Shown here: one piece after another, positions 38,596-52,487 of the stretch
Position numbering within the stretch: position 1 is the first letter of the stretch
How the letters are laid out: every line of letters starts with the position of its first letter
Assembly (NCBI GenBank): GCA_043228905.1
Contig: JBHGNT010000004.1
Span: 21,700,001-21,764,000, forward strand
DNA from: Azolla caroliniana
Taxonomy: Eukaryota; Plantae; Polypodiophyta
Direction: 5' to 3'
Length of the DNA stretch: 64,000 nucleotides
Position numbers and translations under genes: made by a program
Notes under the pieces: generated by a model
What the model was told of the DNA's origin: nothing
Seen by the model: the letters and a program-made list of their open reading frames with translations, nothing else
The model's database searches: none

Positions 38596-38636
<41 letters not shown>
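38596..38636. repeat. (GA)n microsatellite
   Basis: Seen directly. Confidence 0.95.
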
Positions 38637-38639
<3 letters not shown>

Positions 38640-39774
38640 AAACAACACAACAATAGGCATTAAAGTATCACACATAAGCATAAACCATATTCTCTTAACC
38701 TTAAATTCAATCACATGTAAATTGTATTGGCTGACTTATTATAAAGTAATCATCATGTTCTACTCTAGTGTTTATAGGCACCACATATGTCAATACATGA
38801 TAACCAATAATCAAATTGTATGATGCTTCCTACTGTATTGAATTTGTGGCTGCAATACACACGTGACATTCCTAAAAACTGATCATTATTGAAACAAATG
38901 AGTGTCCAATGTGAAGATGGTCACTATTAGTAAATCCCATTTTTCTAGCAATGAATGTGCATTGATTATTCTTTTATATAAAAACATGTGTAAGACTATG
39001 AATTCGAATGCTTAACATAGTAGCTCCCAAAAACAAAAGATTGGCGTAGCCTTATTGAAGTTTACACTCATTGATCTTGTACATGTGTGTGATGTTCCAT
39101 TAATTTTTTGAGAGATTTCTTGAATCATTGTGGCATTATATATCATTTTCCAAAATGATTTTAGAAGATCAAATTGTATCGGGTTAGAAGCCAAATTGGC
39201 TCATCATAGAATTAGGCAACGGTCTTTATATGCTTCACAAGTTTATTGACCTGAAACTTTGAAACCTTTTATTTAGCATTATTACATTACATTGGACACA
39301 TATATCACTTACATATTACTTGATATTACCATAATTAAAGTAAATTCTCTTCATTCATATCATGCCAAACCCCAAATACAAAAGCAAAATGTCTTACAAA
39401 GAATAGAGCTCTATAGTCTCATGATGTTATCATCTTCTTAGTTTTATTGCTTATAAAGGGTTGAAGGAGGCTTGTTGTTCCAAATCCTTGGAATCGAGTA
39501 TTAGAAGAGTTCTAGGGGTCACCTCTTATGTGCAATCTTGTGCTATGATATCACCAAATTCATCAATCCATCAAAAAAATTAATATTTTATTTGCTACAT
39601 TTTTCTTCCAACCAAGGCTTCCTTGGAATATGGGTATGACCAAATTTTCATAGTATTTTGCTTGTCCCCATAATTCGTGAGAGGGATGTGAAAGATGCAA
39701 ACAAGACCTCCAGGATCCCCAACAAGGAAAGATGAATTTGTGGCATTGCATGAATTTTTTTGATAGCCCAACGG

Positions 39775-40050
39775 GTTTTGTTTTTTTATTTTATTTTAAA
39801 TGAAGCTACTTTTCCATTAGTTAGGAAGGATTATTACATAGAGAGTCTACAAGGAGACTTATACACACATCGGGGAGTCTTCCTCCTATCAAGTAAAAGA
39901 AGATGAGCCTACTTACAATGCCTTGCGGCCTAACTTAATGTAAGAAGCTACCTATATCCAAGGCAATGCCCTTCAATGTTCCCTAGTACGAGTCGGCTCT
40001 TGGGGCCTACAACGAAGAGAGGGTGCCAACAGGTATTATGGTACATGGTT
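39775..40050 (-). mobile_element. Short LINE 3'-end remnant
   Basis: Minus strand reads TAACTAATGGAA (39823-39812) then an A-rich tail, as at the two LINE 3' ends. Weak similarity to the LINE ORF2 C-terminus near 40030. Confidence 0.5.
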
Positions 40051-43000
40051 GTGCTCATTGTGTTTTTCCTTTCTTAGTTCATGGGGGTTCATTTGTAGAT
40101 ATGGATTTGTGTGTGTGATAACATGTGTGTGCACCTCTATGTGTAATGTGAGTATTTGTGGCATCTTCCAATTTATATGCATAAATATGTGTGTATGTGC
40201 ACAGCAAATGTGTATAATAATGTATGTTTTGTGCGTTTCTCTCAATAAATGTTTGTGTATGTACATGTACATGTATGTGTTTGTATTTAACAAATTAATA
40301 TGTTGGAATGTATATATATGTAAGTATAAGTGTTGTTTGAGTAGATGTGGGTTTATGTGTTCCGTATGTAAGATTCTCAGTTGAGCGTGTACTGAAGATT
40401 GGGTGTTTACCCATCCATCCTAACGGCCTTTTGACCTTCACTCAATCTCGACAGCTTAGATCCCATAAGACACGTAGTTGTTGTTCCATTGTCGTCAAAG
40501 CCTCGAGCTTTAATCCATCCAGACCTGGAGTCAATTTTCTCGTGTCATTCAAGTGTACAACATCCATCAATGATAGTTCATTAATGTTCATTGATTTAGA
40601 CTCCTTCTCCGCTATGTATATATTTGGGGAAAACCGTAAGAATGACTTTAGGAATAGCGGGGAGAGTAGATAAAGAATAACTAAATTTATTGTAGGGGTA
40701 GTTTAGGTTATTGATATTTTTTTGAAATGTGAGAATATATTGGGAGCATAATGTTCCCCTAAGTGTGTGCACTCATGTGTGTGTTGACTCTCGAGACAAG
40801 TGAATGAGAAGTATAAAGAGTTGTAAATTAGGAACCATGTGTTTGCTTTTCTTTTCCTTTGGGCTCAATGGATGTCAACAACAAGCATAGGGTCGAGTAA
40901 CCAAACTTGAGGTGAGCCTAGGTAAGGTAACCAAATCGGCTCAGAATGGAACCTCCTTTTTTGTGCCTAGTCCGACAAATAACAATGTTTACAAATGCCC
41001 CACAAAGAAGTTTTTTCGTGTGTAAGACCCCTACATGATAGATCTCTAAGCTCTACACAATAGAACTCTTTGAGGTCTATCAAGGAGAGCTTTATACAAT
41101 GGAACTCTTCCAATTTTATCATGGTTGAATTGCCACAATAGGTCCTATGGTGGTGTGCTGTCACACCTCAATAGGCAACCCACGAGGTGAACTCTTATGG
41201 GATCTCTCATGTTGAGCTCAACAAGAGAGCTCATTGAAGAGCTCAATGTAGGGTTTTGTCAAAACAAGTATCACCCAATGGAAGGGTGCCATGTTCTTAG
41301 GGTTCAGAGATCCAAGTTTGACTCTTGCAGCTCACTAAACTTTTTAAAAACCCAAGTTCTTCTTGTTGTTGATGTCAAGTGTTTTTCGAGGGTAGGGGCA
41401 AGTTTCACCAAATGTAGTATCCACTTTCACTAAACATAAATTCAAGTGACGAGAGATGAGTGGTTCAGTTTGGCCCACAGAAAGGACGATATCCACAAGT
41501 TCCATGATGAGATAAAAGTGTTCTCTCAAGGACAACCTTCTCGAGCACTTATTTCATATTGAGCCATCATAGGGGACGAGCGGCTCATTCACCCAACACA
41601 AAAGAATGGCCATGTAGGTTCCCTTGGAAAACAAGTGTTCACTCGTCAAGAGTTGTGCCAAGAATGGCTTTTGCATCGACCTTATGGGATCAATTCACTA
41701 ACAATTTCACAAGGGGTTTCATATATCTTTTCCTTTCTATTGCTTCTTTAACTGAGCAATCGTCACATGTGAATTAAAACTTATACATATGAATACACAA
41801 ATCAATTAGGTTATAAATCGATGTCATTGTTTATAGATTACACAAAGAATTATTGTAAGTACAAATCCTACACATTTACAATGTATATATGTGAGCCCTT
41901 TTACATAGAATGAGAAAAGATAAGTTGAATAAAAGAGAGTTAGGGGTATATCCTTGAGTTTTGACGGGGCTAATCTACAATGGACAGCAATGTTACCTTG
42001 GTCATCATTGGCCTTCCATGTGCCCTTGTGATTCACTACCTCCCGATTTAGTTTGTTGTTGATGCTCAGGCGATCTATTCCCAAGGCTTGGAAACCCGAA
42101 AATGAGTTCTTTTGCTCACTATATAGCTTCTAGCAGCTCTTGTAGGATAAAATTAACATTCTTTCTTCTAACATTATTCTTTTGCCTATTCATATTTAGT
42201 ACATGATTTCTGCAAAATACCTATTCATGTTTAGTACATGGTTCTTTGCATTGTAGGTCATCCTTTTACCTTTCATCTTTAACATATTTTGAGGCCTTGA
42301 CTTGTTTGCTCCAATGGCATACTCTTACCATTTGACTATGTTTTGATGTTGTCTTACCATTTCAATTAAAACCTTGATCTATTCTAAAACTTGACTTTTC
42401 CGCATTTTCCTCCCTTCGCACACCCTGCATCACAACAACACCCCCAACTAATTTCTACCTCAAGGCGATGTGAACATAAGCAACGATATGTGTTTTCGTT
42501 GAATAATTTGACAAGGTTTATTTATCATTGTAAAACCTTCCTTTATTCTAGTATCAAAATGTGGCTATATGTGTTTGTTTACTTTCATTCAAATTCCTAT
42601 CTCCAATTGTGCTAAGTATATATCAATACCCTATTGTTTGACTCATGTACATAGTTAAGTTGTTCATAACATCACGGTACTACTTATTTCATCGACTCTT
42701 GGGTACCTTGACATCCTCTCTTTTCTATAGTTATATCGTTGCATATCGTTAATCAATTTTGCCAACCTCCTCATATAAGTAATCAATGTCTTTCTTTGCA
42801 TTAAAATATTCACCATAGTATTGAGGGCCATCATTTTTCTTTTCGCAAAGTTTTTTGATATTATTGTACCATTGTGTACCTATTCGAAGATAACATTCTC
42901 ATCATGTTAACCCACTCAATAAGCTATTTTTAATGTTTTTTTCACTTTAACATAACATATTATTATCCACTCAAATAAAATTTTGTAGTAATATTCTTCT

Positions 43001-44666
43001 CTTTTTGAAGAAAATAAGAAACCGTGCTATCTAGGGTTATATATAGGATAATGAAGAAAGTAACTAAATAAGAGTAACTTTTTAAAGTGACTCTTGTGTA
43101 AAAAAAAGCTATATATAATTATGACAAAGTTGGAGTTACTGCGGTATATTAATCATAGTATGCTTCACGCACAACTTATTAATAATATTACTTCGATTGA
43201 GTGTCATAGCATGATCATTGTAAATGCAAGAGTTTTTATTGACCTCTAATCCAAGGAAAATTAAGTCACTACGATCGAATAACATTAGGTATCAAAAACG
43301 TTGTCGAGTAAAATTTAGTATCACAGTGTTGTCCACTAGTCAATACCAATCGCTAATGTTTGTTCCAACTTGGCATTCATTCATCTGACATAGGTTGGAC
43401 AAGTAGATGTATTAATATGTATATTCATGTTGAGACTACTATTTTGAAGTCTTATATTCAATTATGCACTAAGAATATATGGTAGATTGGATATTATAAT
43501 CAATACATCTCGAGGTACATTGTATAGGGACTCTAAAACTAGTGAAGAATTTTTTGTTGCACCATAATACTTTTGCCACACTCATGATGAGATACTTAAG
43601 TTAAAATGATGTTATTCATGTGGAAATAGGAGAAATGACTCATCTAATTGTGGCGAACGGACATTTGTTTTTATTCTAGTTTCGATAGAGAGAGAATCTA
43701 TAACTTTACCAAAATAAAGCTTTGCACATTGCAAGATATGATTTGTTTGGTAACATTCCTTGTTTTTTGTTTAATAGAAAATCAAAATGAAGCATATGAG
43801 TTTCAGATAGAGCTTATATCGTGTGCAACAGTACATGTATGTGAGGGATGTGCATGAGCAACACTTCAAAGTTCCATATTCGAAGAAATTTTATAGCCAA
43901 ACGAAACATAGTCATGTCAGAAAAGTACGACATGATTTGGATGGGAATGAAGGGGCCATTATCTTAAAGAATGCATACCAAGCTTGAGTGAAAGTTTAAT
44001 GGTTGGTGTAAAGGATACCATGATAATTATCTAGACCATCACTACAATCACAGGGTTCTCAATGAGCTACGGGTGTGACAAGTACACTCTCCTTCAGCAT
44101 GATAATGCATAGACTCACAATAATATATTGAGTCGATACACATAATGGGTTCGTGGATACACATAATGGGTTTGTCGATACACATAATGTGGTCTCAAGT
44201 TGAACCGTTGAGGGCGAGTGTCATGTACGTGTGAAAGGGGAGAGAGAGAGAGAGAGTAATGGGGAATGAGATGCTGTAAAAATATGTGGATATGTATATA
44301 TGCATTAATATAAGTTTTTTTTAGGGGTGGTTTCTTATTCATTAGATTCTTTTTGCTTTTTGGGCGAAAAAGCACAAGGAATATTCTTTTTGCGGAAGTA
44401 TGTGTGTATGTACATACATACATGCTTCGCGTTTCCGCGTCTCCACAGATTTGCTTGTCTTTTTCTTTTTCTTTTCTTTTTCTTATATATATATTATTAT
44501 ATATATATTCAGCAGAAGAAAGAAGAGAATCTCTCTGGTGGATGCATATATATACATAAACACTCACTCACTCACTCACATCTCCATCTCCATCTCCATC
44601 TCCATCTTCAATGTTGTGTTCTCCTTCCACCTCCTCCCTCATCTGTTGCCTGTAGTTTGTGGATCC

Positions 44667-45488
44667 ATGGCAGCAACCCATATAATGATCAATAAGACCA
44701 ATCATCATAAGAATCACGATGAGGAATTCCTTCCTTCCCCGAGCTCCGCCTTCGATCCCGAACTCCACCGCCCGGGCGGTGCCCGCTCCTCATCCTCCCC
44801 CTCCCGAAGCAGCCTCGACCTCCACGTCATCTTCATCACAGCGGCCCTCCTCTTCCTACTCCTCACTATCCTCGCTCTTCACTTCGCCATCCGTTGCTGC
44901 CTCCGCCGCTGCTTCCGTGCCCACTCCTCCTCCTCCTCCTCCTCCTCCTCCGGTGGCGGCATGCAGCCACCACCAGGCCTCCCCATCGCCTCCTCCAGAC
45001 CTGCCACACTCAAGAAGAAGCAGCTTGACTCCCTCCCCATCATCACCTTCCATGTCATCCGTCCACACGATGACGAGGCCCACATGCCCCCCCGGCACCA
45101 TGACGACCAAAACCGTTCAGACAACAGCAATGGTGCCAATGCCAATGCCACGGAGGGGAGGGGCAGTTGCCGCCCAACCGACACATACGAGCATATGTCC
45201 GGTGGGGAAACAACAGCGGTATGTGCAATCTGCCTGGCAGAGTTCACTGCCGGGGAGGGGCTGCGGAGACTCCCAGCATGCGGCCATGTCTTCCATGCCA
45301 CATGTGTCGGGACTTGGCTCGCCAGCCACTCCGCCTCTTGCCCCATCTGCAGGGCATCACCCCTCCTTCTGGACCGCCCCTCCAATTATACTTCTTCTTC
45401 TTCTTCTTCTCCACCTCCTCCTTCTCTTGAGCTCCGAATCCTCATTACTACCCCTAGTAATCCCAAGCCCCTTCTTAATCCTAATTAA
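44667..45488 (+). CDS. ATL-family RING-H2 E3 ubiquitin ligase, intronless
   Basis: N-terminal TM helix ([22 protein letters not shown]), GLD-like [15 protein letters not shown]2 CAICLAEF...[28 protein letters not shown]. First in-frame ATG after the pyrimidine-rich leader is 44667. Confidence 0.92.
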   Translation: MAATHIMINKTNHHKNHDEEFLPSPSSAFDPELHRPGGARSSSSPSRSSLDLHVIFITAALLFLLLTILALHFAIRCCLRRCFRAHSSSSSSSSSGGGMQPPPGLPIASSRPATLKKKQLDSLPIITFHVIRPHDDEAHMPPRHHDDQNRSDNSNGANANATEGRGSCRPTDTYEHMSGGETTAVCAICLAEFTAGEGLRRLPACGHVFHATCVGTWLASHSASCPICRASPLLLDRPSNYTSSSSSSPPPPSLELRILITTPSNPKPLLNPN

Positions 45489-46973
45489 GCTGTAGTTAAA
45501 GCTCTCAGAACTTTATCTTAGGTAACCTAACCTCATCCGATTTACTACTAATTCATACAGAGAGAGGAATAGAATATCCTACATAATAGGGTGTTAATTA
45601 AGCTTCATTATTTTCCCGAAGGTATAAGGGCATAATCAAACCTCTTTAATTAGCGCCCGAGTGAATGAATGAGCCCTCCAAATTATATCCATATCTAGTA
45701 AGAGGATCTCATATGAGAGTTGGGCTGAATTAAGATCTAGAGTTAGCTTGTTATAATAGTATGTTGGGCATGGCCTTACTTACCCTATCCTTTCAATATT
45801 ACATCCAATTAAATCCAGTTTTGCAAATACTACCTCTCAAACCAGCCGCCCCCCTATCCATCATTTTTTGTTATTTAGGAGGATACACTTAGTTAGCTGG
45901 TTCCAATTATTACAGTTTAGCCAAATGAGTTCACTACTACAGAATAATAACTTGAGTTATTTCTTATATAATCCAATTCGAATACAAATTTCACCTCTTA
46001 AATGAAACGCCCTTCTCTTCTTATGAGCTTTTTTAACTGCCAATCATAGTTAAGGGTTCAACTGATACTACTTTGTGAGCTTGTATGGTTGTCCATCCAC
46101 CTGTCCTTCAGATCCAGATTTGCACATGTACTTAAAACCCAAATTCCCTCCTATTGTGTAATTCCCCTCCTCACCTCACTCCACTCTCTCCGACAAATTT
46201 GAATGCTGCCATCCCTTCCCCCCATCAGCAGTTCCAATTTTGCAAGTAGCCATCTCCCCACCATAATCAGCCCATCCAATTTTGCAAGTTATATACCTCA
46301 CAAGCTGATTTCCACTTGTTTTCCAGTTCATTCTCAACCTAACATATCTACAACATCACAGATGCCAATGTCATGAGCATGTTGCCACTATACCCTTAGG
46401 TTTTTGACAGCATGTCCCAACATTAGCTTACAGCCCAAGCAAGGTGTAGTAGCCCTGCAAAGAGTTTTGTATAGATATGCCTATAGAAAATCACAACATA
46501 ATATACCAAGAAGAGTTATGCACTCCCTTGCGTGATAAATAATATTAAGGTTATTATTATTAGACAGAATTCCAATTAATATGCAAAAATAATTGAAATA
46601 TCTGTTTCTCCATCTAACTTTTTTATTATTTCAATCGGAAGTTTTAGTGGGAGCATAAAGAAGCTTAGAAGATATGTATGATAAGTCAAAATAAAGCTTT
46701 ATCAATTTCCCTACAATGTACAATAATATTGTTCTTCTTTGCATCTTCTTATAAGAGAAGTGTTCCATAGTGAAAATGATACATCAATGGTGTATTACAA
46801 GAGCCCATCAATTGTGTATTTAGAGTCCAAAAGCTTTCGTACACATTATGTATGTATGTAGACCACCTAACCTAAACCACCCTTACATGTACGTATCTGT
46901 CTCTTTAGCAAAGAATTTGATCGCACAGGAGGTTGAGAGACGACAGAAATCTCTACCAAAAGTCCGATTCATT

Positions 46974-49900
46974 TCATTTCTCGAGAACATAAGAATATAA
47001 TACAGACCCAAAGACATCATAAAACTTGAATGAAGCTAGTGTCGGTGTCATAGATACAGCAACAAAACCTTGCCCATCGAATACAAATTGTACTCCAGCA
47101 TCATCTCCATATGGTTGTAAACCATTGTAAGCCTTTGAGCCGCCACCGCTCGTAATAAAGTGGACAGGGCTAAGAGATAAGAATTTGCAAAATGTCAAAT
47201 CAGACTTAATACTTGATTGTAAAACACGTTACAAAGTCACCACAATCATAAAACCGAACACAAACTTTACAAACCTGTCAGCACGTTTGATGTGTTGAAC
47301 ATTGTGGTCGTGTCCATTGATATATGCATCCACTTTGTACTTCTACAAGATGCGCACAGTGCAATGCAATGCAATGCAATCCAATCCATCAGAAAGCCAT
47401 TCAAAATAATCTCATGAGAAGAACACAATGCTCTCATACCTCAAGAATCGGTAAAACTTGATTCAATAGCTCTTTAGTATCTCCGTGATGACCAACTGTA
47501 TGGATTGGGTGATGTCCAAAAACTAGCTTCCAAGTGGCATCAGAGTTTTGCAAATTGATTTCAAGGTCCTGCATAAAGAAATTGATCCATCACATACATA
47601 TATATAGTTTAAATGAACTATTGTTTCAAACTATCTTCATTATCAGAATATGGCAGCTACTGATATATGCCTGTAGTGTGGCTGCACATAGAGCATTCTA
47701 AATGCACACAAAATGTGGATGCAAATCTGACCATCAATTCACATGATCACTATTGCATGTGCATGTATATAATGAGTAGACTCAAAACTCCTAACTCACC
47801 TGTAGCTGAGACTGTAGTTGTTCAGCACGAGGAGCTAAACCTCTCCAATCGAAGTTCTGTGTATTGTTTTCCCAATACTCATTCACAAAAGGTGTTGTAT
47901 CAATGAAGAACATATCGACCTTGGCATTACAATCCCCTAGAAAATTTACGAATATTGGTAAAGATAAAATAAAACCCACTTACTATAGAAACTTCCAAAT
48001 ATAAGTACAAACGGTGTTCATTAAAAGGTACCAGGAGCTGATCCTTTACAAAGAGCAGGGTGTAACTGGAATTCACGTCGACAGAACCATCTTGGATCAC
48101 GTTTGACAATCTCATCACTCAATTGAGCAAGAACATCTCCCATGTAATCATGGTTTCCAAGCACTATAATGAAATTGACAAGTATCAAGCGCAATTTCAT
48201 TAGTCAAGGAAAATAAATTATATTAGACAAGAATTGGACCATTAGCCTAATATAGATATGTAACTGCTTACCTTCGACAACTATTGAATCATTCCTCAAA
48301 TGTAGAATTTACTAAAACTATCTTACATAAAATAATTGACAACATTTGGATCATTAGTCTACTATAGATCATGTGAAGAACTATCTTAACCAAAACAATC
48401 AATCATTTCATTTGTCTCCTTAGATAGATGTCCAAAAAACTATCTTTGAAAAAACAATAAACTTAAAAAAGCAACTATGCCAGGCACATTATTAAATTTT
48501 CTGGTTAGACCATTACTTCCCTTGATAAAAAGAAGTTATGTTTATATTACCTGTGTACCATGTTGTCTGTAGGCTTGGAGCAGTGTATATATCAGTGAAA
48601 GACACTGCGAATGTAGGGTCATCAACACCTGTGAGCCCAGTCTCATAGAAGTTGTCACCTACAGAGACCACAAATTCAATCCCAAGATCATCGCCTACTG
48701 TTCCCATCTGCAGAACACAAGTTAATGTAAGCATGGTGCACACACCTCTATATGACACGATAGTATAAACAGAATTTGAAGTGCCTCACATTAAAGAAAA
48801 AATATTCAGTAATGATATTAAAAAAGGATAGTGTTAGAAAGAAACAGATAAAGTGCCAAATATCAACGTGTTAAACTCAATTCGAGAAGAAGAAGAGCTT
48901 TCGTCAAAGTGTATGTTTTGATTGGCATTGAGCAAAACTAAATCATCCACATAATCTCTCTGTCTAACGAACTCAGTCAAGTTTTAGCAGGTTATTTATC
49001 ATGTTACGCAAAGAAGATGAAAGTGACATTCAATAGGTAAAGGCTCACAAACATGTAGCGAAAACACACACACACAACAAATTTAGAGACAAATGAGAAT
49101 GGAGAAACGCGTCACGCAGTTAATTTATCATGCTTAGCACAGAAAAATGGAAGAATAAGTTCAGAAAGACGAAGGCTTATAGAGTGGAAGAAAAAGTGCC
49201 TTGGAAATGTGTACGGAGAGAATATGCGCCTAAGTGAGAAGTTACTTCGGTTTGATTGTGCAAACCGTTAAATTGTACGATTTAACAGTCCAACTGTCAT
49301 GTTTATCCCAGAAATTAATGTGTAACCTTAAACATTCGACATAGACGGAAGTAATGACAAAACAAAAACAAGAATAAGATGAGAAAAAATTAGTCGCAAA
49401 AGCAGATATAGCGCCACCATACAGTTAAGAACTGAAACAGTAGCAAAAGATTACTGTACAGTTAAAGAACTTACATGATGGATTTAAAAAAGGGAAAGCA
49501 AGAAAAGAATAGAAAATGAGCACCTGAACAGCGATTTCAGATTGATTATATTTTCCTTCTCGACCCCAATCGCCAACAACGAGGAAGTTCAGTCGTTCTG
49601 AAGGCTCTCCATTAATCTTCTTCTTCATCTTGTTGCTCTCGTTTCGGTGAGAAAACAGATCAAAGGCAAGGAAAAACAGAACAAGAAACAGACAGAAGGA
49701 AACAGCACGGTTCCAAGCAAGACATCTTCTGGTGCATCCATGGTGACCCCGAAGATCCTATCCATAATATGTTTCAGACCGATCATTTGAAAGAGATGTC
49801 AGATTAGTACGGAGAAAGAACAAAAAGACGATGGAAACAAGATGGTAAGGAAGGGAAGAGAATTGGAAAGGCATGAAGGGGATTCGAAAGCGAAACTAAA

Positions 49901-50170
49901 GAAAAAACAATCAAAATAATAAGAAATGAAACGGGGGGAATGGGGGAGGGGGAGGACAGAAATGAAACTAGGGTTTTGTTTACTGTATCTGAGGAGGTTA
50001 ACTAGCGTGTAAGGGAAGGAAAGGAAAGGAAAGGAAACGGAGCAGAAAAAAAAGAAAGAAAGTACAGAAGGAAATAAATATGTAAAAAAGACTAGAGTTT
50101 GGTGATTGTTTGTTACCTGAGAAGAACGTGGAAGAAGAACAAGAAGAAGAGTGGGATTATCATCGGCCAT
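46974..50170 (-). CDS. Small (type 5, PAP17/PAP3/7/8-like) purple acid phosphatase. Exons 50170-50117, 49757-49524, 48707-48551, 48163-48032, 47936-47800, 47568-47440, 47342-47275, 47169-46974
   Basis: GT..AG introns join in frame. All five metal-ligand blocks are present: GDWG, GDNFY, GNHD, GHH, GHDH, plus FITSGGGSKA. Exon 1 is less certain than exons 2-8. Confidence 0.93.
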
Positions 50171-50349
50171 AGCAGCAGCTGCTGCAGACGAAGAGGAATG
50201 AAAACGGGGAAAGGCTGAAGGAAATGGAGAAGAAGAAGAAGATGGTGATGATGAAAGAAGGAGAGAAGGAAAGATTGGGAGCGAGCTTTTCTGCTGATTC
50301 GTATTCCGTTTTTATTTGTTTGATTAGATTCCAAGGAATGGAATGGAGG

Positions 50350-50357
50350 GAATATTC
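50350..50357. promoter_or_regulatory. P1BS (PHR1-binding site) candidate GAATATTC
   Basis: Matches GNATATNC ~180 bp upstream of the phosphatase ATG. The motif is short and can occur by chance. Confidence 0.4.
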
Positions 50358-50517
50358 TCAGAATCTTTGATTCGGTGTGGCGCTGATGTAGGGGGGTGGG
50401 GGGAGAGGAGACGATAGAATCATAACGAATCAATCGTGGAAGCCATAGCCAAAAAACACACAAGACACACACTCACTCACACTCACTCACATCCTTCCCC
50501 TTCCTTTCTTTCTCCCA

Positions 50518-50840
50518 TGCAAACCACCCACCATACATGTATGTATGTATGTATGTATGTATGTATGTATGTATGTATGTATGTATGTATGTATGTATGT
50601 ATGTATGAATGTATGTATGTATGTATGTATGTATGTATGTACTGGGTGTGTGTGTGTGTATGTGTATGTATGTATGCAAACCACCCACCATACATGTATG
50701 TATGTATGTACATATATATGTGTGTGTATGTGTGTATGTATACAAACCACCCACCTCACATGTATATATGTGTGTATGTATGTCTATATGTGTCTATGTG
50801 TCTATATGTGTATATGTATGTATGTATGTATGTATGTATG
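50518..50840. repeat. (TATG)n microsatellite with three interspersed CAAACCACCCACC units
   Basis: Seen directly. Confidence 0.9.
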
Positions 50841-50894
50841 ATCCGTTTTGTCCCTACTTTCCTTTAAGGTTTTGGGGAAAAAGACAACCACATA

Positions 50895-50929
<35 letters not shown>

Positions 50930-51047
50930 GTTGGCGCTTTGTTTGGAGCTAGAAGAAAGAATCCACCCTTACCAATGACATGCATTCAAACATAGCAATC
51001 CTGCAACGAAGAACCAAAAACTCAACTCGAGAATTTAAGAAGCATGC

Positions 51048-51147
51048 NNNNNNNNNNNNNNNNNNNNNNNNNNNNNNNNNNNNNNNNNNNNNNNNNNNNN
51101 NNNNNNNNNNNNNNNNNNNNNNNNNNNNNNNNNNNNNNNNNNNNNNN
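51048..51147. other. Assembly gap (100 N)
   Basis: Run of n. Confidence 1.
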
Positions 51148-52487
51148 AAACCCAGAGAAAGCCGCACAACAAGATGACTCCATGAAAAAGGTAACAATGT
51201 TGTTTCCTGAACTATCCTTAGAATACAACATGTTACTTCCTACTATTGGCAACTCCTTTGGGATGATGTTGGATGAGGAACTAATGCTAGCAGACAGACT
51301 AAAGAAGCACCTAGGCCCTCCCTCTATCCGCCTCTTGGTGCAGGACATCAATAAACTTCCCTCCAAGATCCTCATTCCCGGGAAAAACGGAATGTGAATT
51401 GAACAACGCATAGAAGTGATTGGCGCACCGGGGCAATGTTTTGCATGCAAAAAACTTGGTCATTTAAAAAAGAATTGCCCCACAAGACGTATTAAAGATC
51501 CTACAAAGGAGACTCTGGAAGGTCAGGATACCATAAGACATCAAAAGCCTCCCCCACCACGACCCGACAAGGCTGTGATGGAATGGCAAGTGGTGGAAAA
51601 AACCCATGTCCTTCGAAAAACATCACCGGCACAAAATCCTCCATCGCCTATGGGCCCCCCAATCGCTTTGATCTACTACAAGAGCTTCCCCCCACAGATG
51701 AGCATTCCCCTAGTTCTTTTTTAAGCCCCAAGGAACGACCTAAGGTGACACCAAGCACCCAAGAGAAAGTTTTTATTAAAGCTTACAAAACAGGGAAACG
51801 CAGACAAATAAGTCATGTAAAGACCCTAATAAGGAGCTTGAGTGGAACGACACCCAATGCAGAAGCAACAACCCAAGGCGGAAGTGTGAATGTCACACCT
51901 CAAATCATAGTCGTCCCGGACACAAATGAGTGTGCTTCCTCTAGCCAAGACCTTGAACCACACCCTCAAAACGCCTTGAAATGGCTAGGTATAGGGCTCA
52001 AGGTAGTGGAAAAAATAAGGGTACATGTATCAGCGGTGCACAATAACGGAGTTCCGACGACCTCAATCTCCTTTCCACTCTTGCTTCCAACTCAAGAAGA
52101 TTGGTCGAAATCCAAGATTAAAGATATGTTATGTAGCCAAGCAACGTGCTTTGTAGCACAAATAAGAGATGAAGAGCTCATGAATGAACTAAAGCAACAT
52201 TGGCATAACACTGAATTCTGGTGCACCATGGACGAAGAGGACCCCCATCTTTGCCACATCCACCTGCGGACTATCATAAACACCCAACTAACTCCAAGCT
52301 TTGTCTATTTCTATGAGGAGCATGAAGGGGCGATTGAAGCCCACAAGATAGCCCACAAACTCCACTCATGGATGTGGACCACTATTCCATCCCTGGAAAT
52401 GATTGGATGTCTAAATGGTGAGTGCTCCCCACTCACGACCTGTTGTACAAAGCACCAGGCACAACTGGCAACCTCCCACCCCATTCC

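Noticed and set aside
44400-44666. N-terminal extension of the RING ORF given in the ORF track
   Set aside because: Starts at a non-ATG codon and runs through TA/CT low-complexity leader; ATG 44667 gives a typical ATL.
50898-50927. 30-nt poly-G as a G-quadruplex element
   Set aside because: It lies ~120 bp from an assembly gap and may be a sequencing or assembly artefact; it cannot be judged without reads.
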